Below, in pieces: positions 39,756 through 49,774 of a DNA stretch of 64,000 nucleotides. A model generated the notes under the pieces. That model saw only the letters and a list, made by a program, of their open reading frames with translations, was not told where the DNA came from and searched no databases. The stretch is taken from positions 2,232,001-2,296,000 of the forward strand of contig JAUFOQ010000003.1 in assembly GCA_040285855.1 (NCBI GenBank). Direction: 5' to 3'. How positions within the stretch are numbered: position 1 is the stretch's first letter; every line of letters starts with the position of its first letter. Origin of the DNA: Eukaryota sp. GEM-RC1 (taxonomy: Eukaryota). The position numbers and the translations under genes were made by a program.

Positions 39756-41379
39756 TTAAGTACGTTGGAAAGCTTCAGGCCTAGTTCCAAATAAGTAACC
39801 CTCTATAGCGATCTCAAGTTGATTTCTGGAGGCAGAAATATCTCTTGACCAAACCTGAGCACATGTTGGACATCGAAATATGGCGTGATTCACTCTTCTT
39901 ACTCCATCTATTTCATGATATATCAACTGATGCCTCACTTTACAGCAGTTAGTTTTTGCGGAAGTGAAGTATTCATCGCCCATAATAACGGGAAAGAATC
40001 TTTTGAGATATTGAAGGAATCCCTTTCTTGGAGACTTCACTTGCTGCCTAGATGGGCTAGCACCTCCTGTCCCAAACCAAACTCTGATTTGGCTTCCTTG
40101 TGCCATATTTTTCAAATTTTGAGCAAATAAATCAAATCGTTTCTGTTTTCTTAAGAAATCGAACTTGTTTCTCCTTAGGTTGGGCCTGTTCCCATTTAAT
40201 AAACGCCGTTCTAGACTGTTCTTACTCATATTTTGATCAACAATAGTGGTCGATATCTCGAGCAGATACAGGTACATGTTCTGAACGGAATAGGTGTTCG
40301 ACGTAGAGTTGCTCAAAGCACCAAACATAACAGTATTGATAGCCTTGGCTTTTGGTGCCAGTGTAATACCAGAGTCCAATAAATAGTCAGTGTTGGTTCC
40401 AATAGACCAACCACATAGGTTACTGTGGTTGGGATCAATTGCACACCATAACCAATCTTCATCAGGAGGAGGTTCGAAATCAGCTGTTCTCGCACGTCGT
40501 CGTGACGGAGCCACTTTCTTCTGTAGGTTACACTTTCTCTTTCGAGACTTAACCTTGAAGTCTTCGGAGCCACTTGCCCTCCTTGACTCAAACTGCTCCT
40601 TGGTAGTGCGGTTCCTTGTTTTTTTCGGCTTTGTGGAAAAGTTATACAATCTGGCGCAGCATCCTCGAGAGCAGACAACAGGTTCAATCCAGCTGCGAAC
40701 AGAAATGAGGTGTTCGTTTCATTGAGGGCAACAGACCGTTCTGTCAATAGATTATTGAACAGGACAACATCCCCGACTAAGTGATTAAAGGTGGCCAGAG
40801 TTTGTTGGTGATGAGCATTCCACCATTGCTGCAGTGATGCTCCAGGTTGAGCACCACGTACGACAGCAGAAGCGTATCCCTTAGGGGTCGGGCAGTCGAG
40901 GAATACAGCAGCGGTCCGGAAGAAGTTCAGCTTCCAACTGACTGGACCATCGGCCATCAGTTGTTGAAAAGCTTCAGACAACTGGCGTGACCTATCACTC
41001 AAGAGTTGTGAGTGACACCAGAGTTGTGAGTGACACCAGCGTGTCGGTTTGTGTCGGCCAAGAGGGGGGAACGGCCAAATGGATATTGGCGGAAGACTCG
41101 ACGACAGATGCAGTGCAGTGTACACTCCATTGTCGTTCTCAAAGGGGCGGTTTACTTTCGGCTCAGAGTGAGCAACGAACCCAAAGCACTGGTACCAGAA
41201 ACGCTGGTCAGTCAACCAGCGTGCTAAGTGGGGGTGCTGGAGCACAAACACCCGGGCCAGTAAAGTTGAGTGAACAGCAACGTCTCGAAGGTACCGAAAT
41301 TGCCTGTTCATCACTACCCGAGCTGGAGGGTCAAAAACTTGGCAAGTGAACACGTCACCGTCGAGGTCGTGGTCGTCAT
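39756..41379 (-). mobile_element. Fanzor1-like (eukaryotic TnpB) RNA-guided endonuclease gene, two frame breaks
   Basis: RuvC-I LWCAIDPN (D 40434-6); VWFGTG...SP; RuvC-II IMGDEYFTS (E 39972-4); CC...CPTC zinc ribbon; RuvC-III WSRDISASRN (D 39840-2); terminal RPEAFQR. N-terminus TVTCSLAKF from ATG 41379. Confidence 0.85.
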
Positions 41380-42429
41380 GTTCAAGAAATTTATGAAATA
41401 TTGTGGATTTTATTGTTTTTCAACTACAGGTTACTTTCAGAAAAATATTTTACATCAATGATTAGAATCTTTTGGTAAACAGGTACAGTAGACTAGAGGT
41501 TGTTGCTCTCAGAATTGTTTGAATGATCCCAATGGTCTCGCTAGAAGAATGAATAAGATTTACGATGGGTCATCTTAATCATCTTAATTCAAACTTTGAC
41601 TTAGTGGCAACGTCTTTGTATATGGTAGCTGCAGTATACAATCCCTGCTAGTGGAATTTGGGACTGACTGACTTTCTCCCCTTGACTGTGGGATGATTCC
41701 ATCGTGGTGTTTCTCTCCTACTTTACATTCATGAATCTCTTTCTCAACATCCTGAAATTCCTGACATCACTAACAGTGATAAAACGGACGACGACTTTAG
41801 TAGTGTTTTGAAATTCTTCCTTTGGGATGATGCTCCTTCAGTCATCACAGATGTACTTTCTGTCTTGTAAACTTCATTCCTAGCTCTTTTTTGTTCACTA
41901 AAACATCATGAATGATGTCAGATTTCTCATTGTGTACTTGAATCCCTTTCTCTCCTGCTTGATAAACAATGATAACCCACTAGTCTCATCAGTAGATGCA
42001 CGTCAGTCATAGCTTTTATTTTACAAAACAATAAAAATCCGTCATCATCTGTTTACATTGTATGGAACAAACCCCTGGAGCTCCTTGACAGTGTTCTAAA
42101 GTTGTCCCTTGTTGATGGGCTTGAAATGACCATCTGATTCTTATGAACATCTCCCCTGATGATGTCTGTAACTAACTGCTGGTTTTGAAGTTGCAGCCTT
42201 TCCCCTTTCCTATATTGGTACTTTCAGGTCCGTCCTTGACCTTTCTCGCTCTTATATCGCCCTCTCCGTTAACACTAGTTCTCTCCTTCTCTCATCCATC
42301 CATTTGGCAGATATGTGAGAGATTATTGCTATTTGCTGATGATTTAGTGTTTAGCAATAGTTTGTTGGTTTATTTATCATAAAAAGCTGTCGTCTGCTGT
42401 TAAAATTAAGATTATATTCAAGCAATATC

Positions 42430-42740
42430 TTCAAAAATAACTGGAATGACTCGACAAACACATGATATACATCATAGAGGCTCTGGAAATACTCTAGAGA
42501 AACACTGGACTCAAAATCTCGTTTAATTCTCTTGTTTAATTAATTCTGTCAAGAGATTCCTGTGGAGTCACATCAAGGAATATAATGCTGTTTCTCTTTC
42601 TCATAAAATTAGCCATGTTGTTAAACAAGCGGAGATAGGTTTCGTAGCCATGTTATTCCATGAGTCCTGAGTCTGAGAGCATTTTGGCAAAGACGGAGTC
42701 CTTATAGATTGTTCAGTCACTAATGGAACCACTGATGGAG
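42430..42740 (-). pseudogene. Deoxynucleoside kinase (dAK/dGK family) pseudogene fragment
   Basis: Not in the ORF track. Translates as SD*TIYKDSVFAKMLSDSGLME*HGYETYLRLFNNMANFMRKRNSIIFLDVTPQESLDRI, then RDFESSVSLEYFQSLY. No P-loop seen. Confidence 0.8.
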
Positions 42741-43090
42741 CCGAGGGATGCCGATTTGTTTTTCTTTTGCAAAACTATGAAAAGAAGAATCAGAGATTCA
42801 CGAAAAGTTCAGACGTGAAAGTATGATAAGAACTTCACCGGATCAGATACGCCTTTATTGAGATGAACAGCAGAGTATGTTCTACGAGAAGGATTGAGAT
42901 TGTCAGGTTCTAGATGAATGTTCCGTGTATGATACAGATATAACAGCAAACCCATAAGAGAGAGGAAAAACTGAAAAACAGAACGGGGAAAAGAAATGTT
43001 GGGGAAAAGACAATTGGGAGGTTTATGCATCCGAACCTAGACTGAAATCCCCAGTAAACAAATCTTCTTTTGCTTCTCACTTGAACTACT

Positions 43091-43882
43091 ATGGCCCAAT
43101 CAAAGTTTGAGTATGTAAAGTTATTTGAAGAAGTCGATACAGCACTCCCTAATACTTACATTGTTGTTCGCATTGATGGACGTGGTTTCCACCAGTTCTC
43201 TGATCAACATTGTTTCTCAAAGCCTACTGATGACAACGCCATCTCTCTCATGAATGCTGCTGCTTCTGAAGTCATGAACGTTTACCGTGACATCTTTATT
43301 TCTTATGGACAAAGTGATGAGTACTCTTTCGCTCTCCGAAGGGATTCTACTCTATTCAAACGAAGAAAGTCCAAGATCGCCTCCACATTAGTTTCTCTCT
43401 TCACCTCTGTTTATGTTGCTAAATGGCCACAGTTCATGTCAACACCCTTGATGTCCTTCCCTTCCTTTGACTCTCGTTGTGTTCTTTATCCCACCTTCAA
43501 GAACCTCCGGGACTACTTCTCTTGGCGACAGGTAGACTGTCACATCAACAACATGTATAACTACTGCTTTTGGAAACTCGTTTTAGATAGCAAAATGGAA
43601 GGAGCTTCTGCTGAGAAACTTCTTTCCCCCACCGATTCTGCCGGTAAAAACGAACTTCTCTTTTCTCGATTCAACATCAACTACAACACCCTCCCTCTTC
43701 TTCACAGAAAGGGTACTGTTCTCTTCTGGGATCGCTGCCGTTTGTTAGTGGAAGGGAAGAAGACTCCTGATGGTATGGATGTTTATAGAGAGAGGAATTT
43801 AGTACAACAAGCAAATTGTGATATTATTAAAGATGAATTCTGGATTGAAAAGAACTTTACGATTCAAATTGACTTCCTTTAA
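43091..43882 (+). CDS. THG1: tRNA(His) guanylyltransferase Thg1
   Basis: MAQSKFEYVK.FE, VVRIDGRGFH.FS, YGQSDEYSF, FDSR, DYFSWRQVDCHINN, KNELLFSRFNINYN. Confidence 0.97.
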   Translation: MAQSKFEYVKLFEEVDTALPNTYIVVRIDGRGFHQFSDQHCFSKPTDDNAISLMNAAASEVMNVYRDIFISYGQSDEYSFALRRDSTLFKRRKSKIASTLVSLFTSVYVAKWPQFMSTPLMSFPSFDSRCVLYPTFKNLRDYFSWRQVDCHINNMYNYCFWKLVLDSKMEGASAEKLLSPTDSAGKNELLFSRFNINYNTLPLLHRKGTVLFWDRCRLLVEGKKTPDGMDVYRERNLVQQANCDIIKDEFWIEKNFTIQIDFL

Positions 43883-44308
43883 CCAACTCAATCACCATTG
43901 ATTGGTGTCCTTTAGAGAATCCACATTTCTCGTAAAATTGAACAGTTGTCTGACGTGCGTCAAGAAGAATCTTCAGGACTCCTTCCTTTTGGCAATATCA
44001 ATCAAATGATGTACTAAGAGCTTTCCTATACCGCTTTTTCTATAGTTTTTGTCTACTATTATATCTTCCAAATGACACACTTTTCCAAAATTGTGCACAA
44101 GTTTTTGTTCCATTAAAATGGTTCCAGTGGCCACGATTTTCTTTGCTTTTTTGTCTTCTACAACGTACACAGTAATGTTGTTTGGTAATTTTGACAAGAG
44201 CTTCTTAAATGATTTCAAGTTGACCTTTCCCGTGGAGGTTAGTTGATTTAGTACTTTGAATAGTCCCTTTTCGAAGTCAGTGGATTGAACTGGTCTTATT
44301 TCGAACAT
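43857..44308 (-). CDS. GNA1: Glucosamine-6-phosphate N-acetyltransferase (GNAT), frameshift ~43988
   Basis: VLNQLT, ATGTILMEQKLVH..G..CHLEDIIVD..YR.SGIGK. Adding one A to the A run continues KILLDA...FYEKCGF to TAA at 43857. Confidence 0.85.
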
Positions 44309-44431
44309 GTAAAGAAGATTTATTGTGTACTAACTTTACTATGTGTTGGTACTTTTACCCTCGTAACTTGTGTTTTCATTTTGTTTGACTTACATACTGT
44401 ACTCATAACAGTAGCATATAAATAGTTGGGT

Positions 44432-44933
44432 TTATAACGACATCGCCAAATCATCATCAAATAGATCAACACCATTATCGCTACATGTACTTTTAATGTT
44501 CCGCTGAACGATTTCTGAGATCGTTTCATCCTTTTCAAACTCCATGTCTTCCCACTGAAGACCTGATTCAGAATGATTAATCGATTCAGACAAAATGTCT
44601 TCAGCTTTGCTTATCACTGGGGAGTTTTCATCCTTTGAACTTTGAAAACTGTCACATATCAACTTCAATAAGGTGTTCGATAGCTACATACCTCTTCTGA
44701 TTCATATCCATTCAAGTCAACATTAGTGTTGATAGTATCATTACTCAGTAATGTGTGGGGTATCGACTTGGTGTCTGATACCATGAGGGTACATGGTCTG
44801 GGAGAAACTGTGCGTTTCGATGGTCGCTTCACAGATCCGTATTTCTTCATTTTAGGCTTACGAAAAAGTGCTTCTTTAGCTGAAAGCGTTGTTGCTTGAG
44901 CATCAGTAAAAGCAAAAATGTCTGTATTTGACA
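44432..44933 (-). CDS. Hypothetical small protein (frameshifted)
   Basis: Abutting ORFs 44665..44985 and 44432..44668 with protein-like composition. Confidence 0.35.
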
Positions 44934-45251
44934 TGAAAAGAAGAACTGAAGTGCAGGCAAAATTCCGAGTTATTCTCCATTCCATGTCCTTTGTACATGT
45001 AGGTTGATGTCTTTGTGTTGATTCTGCTACTGAATTGTCCCGACTGAATATTGTTGTTTATCAACAAAATCCATCTACACATCAAAAATTAGTGAACATT
45101 GATTGATGAAACTCAGAGGATGAATGACCATTTATTGTGACTAAATTGTCGACCTACATGATAGCAATAGGATATGTCTATCACTTTACACGATAGACAG
45201 TCGAATGTAGCAAGAGGATGAGTATCAACAATGCAAACAATCTCACATCGA

Positions 45252-45795
45252 TCAACGTCTTGATTTATGTCCTCTGCTTCGATTGGCAGCTCTTTGGGCC
45301 TTCTTCTTCATTTTTTCTTTCTCTTCGTCAGTAAGCATTTCTTCTGCTGTCGGCGTGAAAACATACGCTTTGATGAGACCAGCCACCTTATATAGTGCTA
45401 AACCAGGGAAAAATAAGAGGGGAAGCCACGAATGCCTTGTAAACAGTGCAACAACTTGTCCAAACCAAGAGAGATATAGGGCATCATGAAGAAGATGTCT
45501 ATCAGAGATACTATGAGCTACAACTACTTTTCCCTGTTCATTTTTAGACGGTTCCGAAAGAAAATGAAGATATTTGAGAACCCCAACATTGATCAAGAAG
45601 TAAAGAAGACTGATGAACTTATGCCAAAGTCCATAAGAAGACCATTTTCTGATAAGAATGAGTAGAAAAGCAGACTATAGTCAGAGAAACTTGGCAGCAA
45701 ACCGAGACCGCGATTCCAATAAATGATAATATCTTAAGACGCTGACGACTTTGAGCATAAGTATTTTTGGCTGATAAACGATCAGCTTTAGTCAT
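45252..45795 (-). CDS. TMEM208: SND2/TMEM208 (DUF788) ER-targeting membrane protein, 28-nt intron 45675..45702
   Basis: Removing the intron joins MTKADRLSAK...GIAVS to SAFLLILIRKW...HDALYLSW..QV...WLPLLFFPGLALY and a basic tail. Confidence 0.75.
45675..45702 (-). other. 28-nt spliceosomal intron
   Basis: gtttgctgccaagtttctctgactatag; its removal fuses two ORFs in frame. CTGAC branch motif sits next to the AG. Confidence 0.85.
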
Positions 45796-45848
45796 GTACA
45801 AAGATTGAGTTGTGGAAACTAAAAGATTTATCAAATTTTTCCAACCCA

Positions 45849-47297
45849 ATGTTTTCGTTTCTGCAACGAGATCCCGACCCCTCTCCACCTTCACCGGCAC
45901 CAAGCTCATCTCCGGACACTAGCGGTCTAACTCAACTCGATGAATCTGAAGTGGTCATTCATTGGGCGTCTGAAAAGGGCTCTGGAGGTTTTGCAAGTGT
46001 TTACACTGCTCAATACGCTGGAAGCCACGCTGCAGTAAAAGTCATCAAGCATGATTCCAAAAAGGATCCAGTAGAACACAGAAGGATTGTTGAACGAGAA
46101 TTCAGCTTAGTCGCATCTTTAAGACATCCAAGAATTGCTTCCGTCCATGGTTTCGTTGAACTTACACAAGGAGATACACGAGGTTATGGAATCGTTATGC
46201 AATTGGCTTCTACCACTCTCAAAACTCCTTCTAAGTTCAATGCAACAACATTGAATTACGCCATACAAATTGCTCACGGAGTAAAGTTCCTACATGGAAA
46301 CAACATTCTTCACTTGGATCTGAAACCACAAAACGTTCTAGTTTTCCCTGGAAATGAAGGTATCAAACTAACAGATTTCGGTTGTTCTCGTTTCGCTGAT
46401 GAACCCACACCTCCTTTCCCTGAAGTCCTCCCTTGGTCCTCTGTTTACGCTCCTCCTGAGATGATTCCCAACTATAAAGACCCTCAGACATATTCCACGG
46501 CATCTGATTGCTACAGTTTCGGTGTAATGATCTATGAGCTCTTCTGTAATCAAAAAGCCTTTGCTGACGTGTCAATGATGGATATGAAAGACGAGAAGAC
46601 ATCAAAACCCTTCGTCTTCCACAGTGACGTGCCTATGTCTTCTAAACTAAGCCGTCTTATACAAGATCTTTTGAGTGTAAATCCAAGAGACCGACCTTCA
46701 ATGTATGATGCTCTCACTACTCTAGAAAGTTTAGAATCATCTGCTCCTCCTGGTCCTGAAGTTCCAGAAGTCTTTGCTCAAACTTCTTCTGCTCCTAACA
46801 CTTCTTGCTTTACTTCCGTGCCACTTATAGTTTATGGAAGGGGTCAACATACAAATCAACAAGCACAAGTTCTTGCGTTATTGGAAAACTATCAATGTCT
46901 TCCGAATACTTTTGAATGGATTTCACCAATTCCATTTCCTATATTCCAAGTCAGATTTACCTCTGCTGCTTCTGCTGAGAAGTTTGTCAATGACAATTTA
47001 GCCCTGCCCAAAGGTTTCCATATTGGAGCTTCCTTTACAAAGCCTGCTGCTAATGCTCCACCACCACCAAAGCCTAACAGTGGTCCCAAACCAAAAGCAA
47101 AACCTAAGCCTCCTGCAGAACAAAGTAAGGCTAATCCTAAGAAAGCACCTCCAAAACCAAAGGCGAAAAAACAGAAGTTGACTAGATCACAGATTGTTGA
47201 GGATATAGGATATGATTCGAATGTATTGAATGCTTTGGTGTCTAAGTATGGTAACTTTGACAGAGCAATAGATTCCTTGATCGCTGGATCTACTTAG
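45849..47297 (+). CDS. Ser/Thr (TKL-like) protein kinase with Pro/Lys-rich linker and C-terminal UBA-like domain
   Basis: GSGGFASVY, AAVK, HLDLKPQN, DFG, YAPPE, SDCYSFG. C-terminus IGYD...AL....GNFDRAIDSL. Confidence 0.9.
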   Translation: MFSFLQRDPDPSPPSPAPSSSPDTSGLTQLDESEVVIHWASEKGSGGFASVYTAQYAGSHAAVKVIKHDSKKDPVEHRRIVEREFSLVASLRHPRIASVHGFVELTQGDTRGYGIVMQLASTTLKTPSKFNATTLNYAIQIAHGVKFLHGNNILHLDLKPQNVLVFPGNEGIKLTDFGCSRFADEPTPPFPEVLPWSSVYAPPEMIPNYKDPQTYSTASDCYSFGVMIYELFCNQKAFADVSMMDMKDEKTSKPFVFHSDVPMSSKLSRLIQDLLSVNPRDRPSMYDALTTLESLESSAPPGPEVPEVFAQTSSAPNTSCFTSVPLIVYGRGQHTNQQAQVLALLENYQCLPNTFEWISPIPFPIFQVRFTSAASAEKFVNDNLALPKGFHIGASFTKPAANAPPPPKPNSGPKPKAKPKPPAEQSKANPKKAPPKPKAKKQKLTRSQIVEDIGYDSNVLNALVSKYGNFDRAIDSLIAGST

Positions 47298-47647
47298 ATT
47301 ACCTTGATATTGGTTGTCAGTAGATGTTACATTGTATAGTTACCGGGAAGAAAACAAAGGATGTGATTGGATTTAGATTGGTGAGTATTGTACTTCAATC
47401 ATGTTTTTTCTGAAAAGAAGTTTTTAATTTGTTCATTTTCCATTATTTGTCTTATTTGCTTGAGTGATTTAAGTGATGTAGATTGATTTATTTTATTTTA
47501 TCATTCAGTTTCGGTCTTCAATATAAATTTCTACTAATTTTTTCATCTTCTAATGGCAAAGAATAAAGGGGTTTTTTAACTGGTCGAAAGGGGGTGAAAA
47601 GTGGAATAATACCATTGATACAGATCCATCCTTGGTTTTGGAAATAT

Positions 47648-48220
47648 TCAAGAAATATCTAAAATTTTAATTGAGTTCCAATTCTTCACCCTACTCAATG
47701 TGACGTACAATTGGGCATATTCCCAAAAATTTAAAGAAACTTCAATTCCTTCAGTTGTTAGAGCCTGAGATCTATGGACTGTAATAGCCCAACATGGTCG
47801 AAGACGATATTGCAATCGGGACGCTATAATTACAGGCATTTTCTTCTCATTCAACACCTCAATTTCAAATTTGTTTGGAGTAATTTTGATTGGTTCTTCG
47901 TCTCTCCCGAATCTCACATGAATGTAATGTGAAGTTTCAGAAAAATCAATAATTTTGCCTTTTGACCCATTTACAAGGCCCAGATCCGGTTTGTTTGGGT
48001 AAACATAACCAAACCTCCGACAACACACTGAAATTTTTGTTCTGCAAAATCGTTCAACATACATGATAATTTTGTTCAAATTTAAATCAACAGCCTTTTC
48101 CGATCGCTCTTCATTAGGCTTACCAAATGCCCAAGTTTTAACAATTTCTAATTTTTCACTGAACTTATCGAGGGAATGAAATTCAACATTTTCATTCCCT
48201 TGTTCACACAATGCCAACAA
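47648..48220 (-). pseudogene. Pif1-family helicase C-terminal fragment (possibly transposon-derived)
   Basis: LVNGSKGKI, RLQYRLRPCWAITVHRSQALT and AQLYVTLSRVK are decayed Pif1 motifs. No Walker A found. Confidence 0.75.
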
Positions 48221-48435
48221 TGATAATTAGTATGAGTGAGACCACTAGTAATTACCATGATTAGTGTACATTTTCTTTTGTACCTTAGCTCGACTCATAC
48301 ATCAATACATACAAATTATGGAGTTTCTTTGTTTCTCCATCTCACATCTATTGCAGTTACCACTAACGGCTTAAAGAGACTGTTTAGTGACGTAAGAGTG
48401 GTTCTTCACGGATGATTTACAGCTCTATTTAGTAA

Positions 48436-48800
48436 TTGAAAACTGTTAGTGGATATTCCAAATTTGTGTTTCAACCTTTTGCTGTTTCTCTTTTTGGATC
48501 AATTAGTCCTGCTGGTGATCAATTTTTCAAGGACTTCGAAGAACTGTGTAAAGGAAAAAATCGTAAGTTTAGAACGCCTACATGGAAAAACCGTATAGTG
48601 TTTTCCTTATGTCGGGATATGCCTTTCTATTTCTCTCGATTAATTGAGAAATTGTACAAGTTTGGTGTGGAGGTTAATGTTGAAAAACGGAATCTTTTAC
48701 CAGGTGGTTATGAAGTCGTTTGGATTTAATCTTCGTATTATTTGTTTGTTTTCATAGTTTTGTAGGTAGGTTACCTTATTGGGTACCGAATACAGTTAGT
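48436..48800 (+). mobile_element. RLE non-LTR retrotransposon 3' fragment
   Basis: SKFVFQPFAVSLFGSISPAG...F...W..RIVFSL. Shares DNA sequence with 9132..9560. Confidence 0.75.
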
Positions 48801-48829
48801 TACGTTCTTGGAATGAAGACACAATTTTT

Positions 48830-49733
48830 CAGTGTTGTCAAATGCGCACTTTTTCCAGAAATGAAATGCGTCAAAATGCGCCAAATGCGCGCATTTCTGC
48901 GCATTTTGACGCATTTTGGCTGAATGCGCGCATTTTACATGCGCATTCTGATTTCGAACTTGAGACACCCCATAAATAAAAATCTTTTCATCATACTGAC
49001 ACATGTACCCGTAATTCTCTATATTACATGCCCGTTTCGAGATGTATCAAAATCCCACATCATTTGGCATCACGCTACAATTGTATACCAACCTCCTTCC
49101 AAAGGTTCTACAGTTCATTATCATCATTGTGTCCACCAGTTCGTCGCTGGAACTAATCGTTTGAAACAACACTTTGTACTGGGGACGATGTAATGTTTTC
49201 TTGTTCAGAACTGTGTTCAGAACTCGTTGAAAGTCTTTAAGCTGAGTTGAGAGCTCGAAAACGCACATGCTCTTCTCATTGACCAATCTCATTCAACAAC
49301 TGGTACTGTTGATCACATCTATACAGAAAACGTGTTTCAACTTTCAGGACAAACAGTGGACGTTGGTGTCTTAATAAATGGGCTTTAAACCACATTTCAT
49401 TCAGTTTTTTATGCGATATTAACCGTTTATGGTTTTGTATCGATTTACATTGTTCGTAAATATTCGTAAAACAGACTTTTGATCATAAGTGTTGGTTGAA
49501 TCACACTAACTTCACCGATTTTAAACCAATTCACATTGTGATATCAAAAGAATGTTCATTGAATTGTATACAGTACAACTTTGCATTTGTCCAACGAAGG
49601 AGGGACTGCAAAACACTGCCTTGAGATCAACATCACTGTTATTGTATTTAGAGCCTTATACCGAACCACAGCAAAAAAAATTCAAAAAAAATCTCAAAGT
49701 CAAAATGCGCATTTCTGTAAATTGATAACACTG
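48830..49733. mobile_element. hAT-like non-autonomous element
   Basis: TIRs cagtgttgtcaa / cagtgttatcaa (11/12). 8-bp TSD caattttt at 48822-9 and 49734-41. Clustered aatgcgc/gcgcatt subterminal repeats. Confidence 0.88.
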
Positions 49734-49774
49734 CAATTTTTACATCAATTCATTGTTGTATCTTTCCTCTCTGA

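Noticed and set aside
39622..41411. 10-bp direct repeat tgtggatttt flanking the Fanzor as a TSD
   Set aside because: No TIRs lie inside it, it leaves only 22 bp before the ATG, and such a match can arise by chance in AT-rich DNA. It needs other copies to test.
41480..42380. Transposase, tyrosine recombinase or chromodomain partner for the Fanzor
   Set aside because: All frames are broken and I found no convincing catalytic motif. At most this is an unidentifiable decayed gene.
42640..42720. Stop-codon reassignment suggested by in-frame TGA and TAA in the dNK-like sequence
   Set aside because: TAA, TAG and TGA each end intact genes in this window, and the fragment has other lesions.
8100..44000. 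Programmed frameshifting or mass pseudogenisation as the cause of split genes
   Set aside because: The breaks I checked (G run ~8128, gggg ~17893, cccccc ~18845, tttt ~32348, A run ~43988) are +1 or -1 changes in homopolymers of mostly essential genes with no shared slippery motif. Long-read error is simpler.
48840..48950. CRISPR-like or structured-RNA reading of the atgcgc repeats (also 28010-28610)
   Set aside because: They are explained as subterminal repeats inside elements bounded by TIRs and TSDs.
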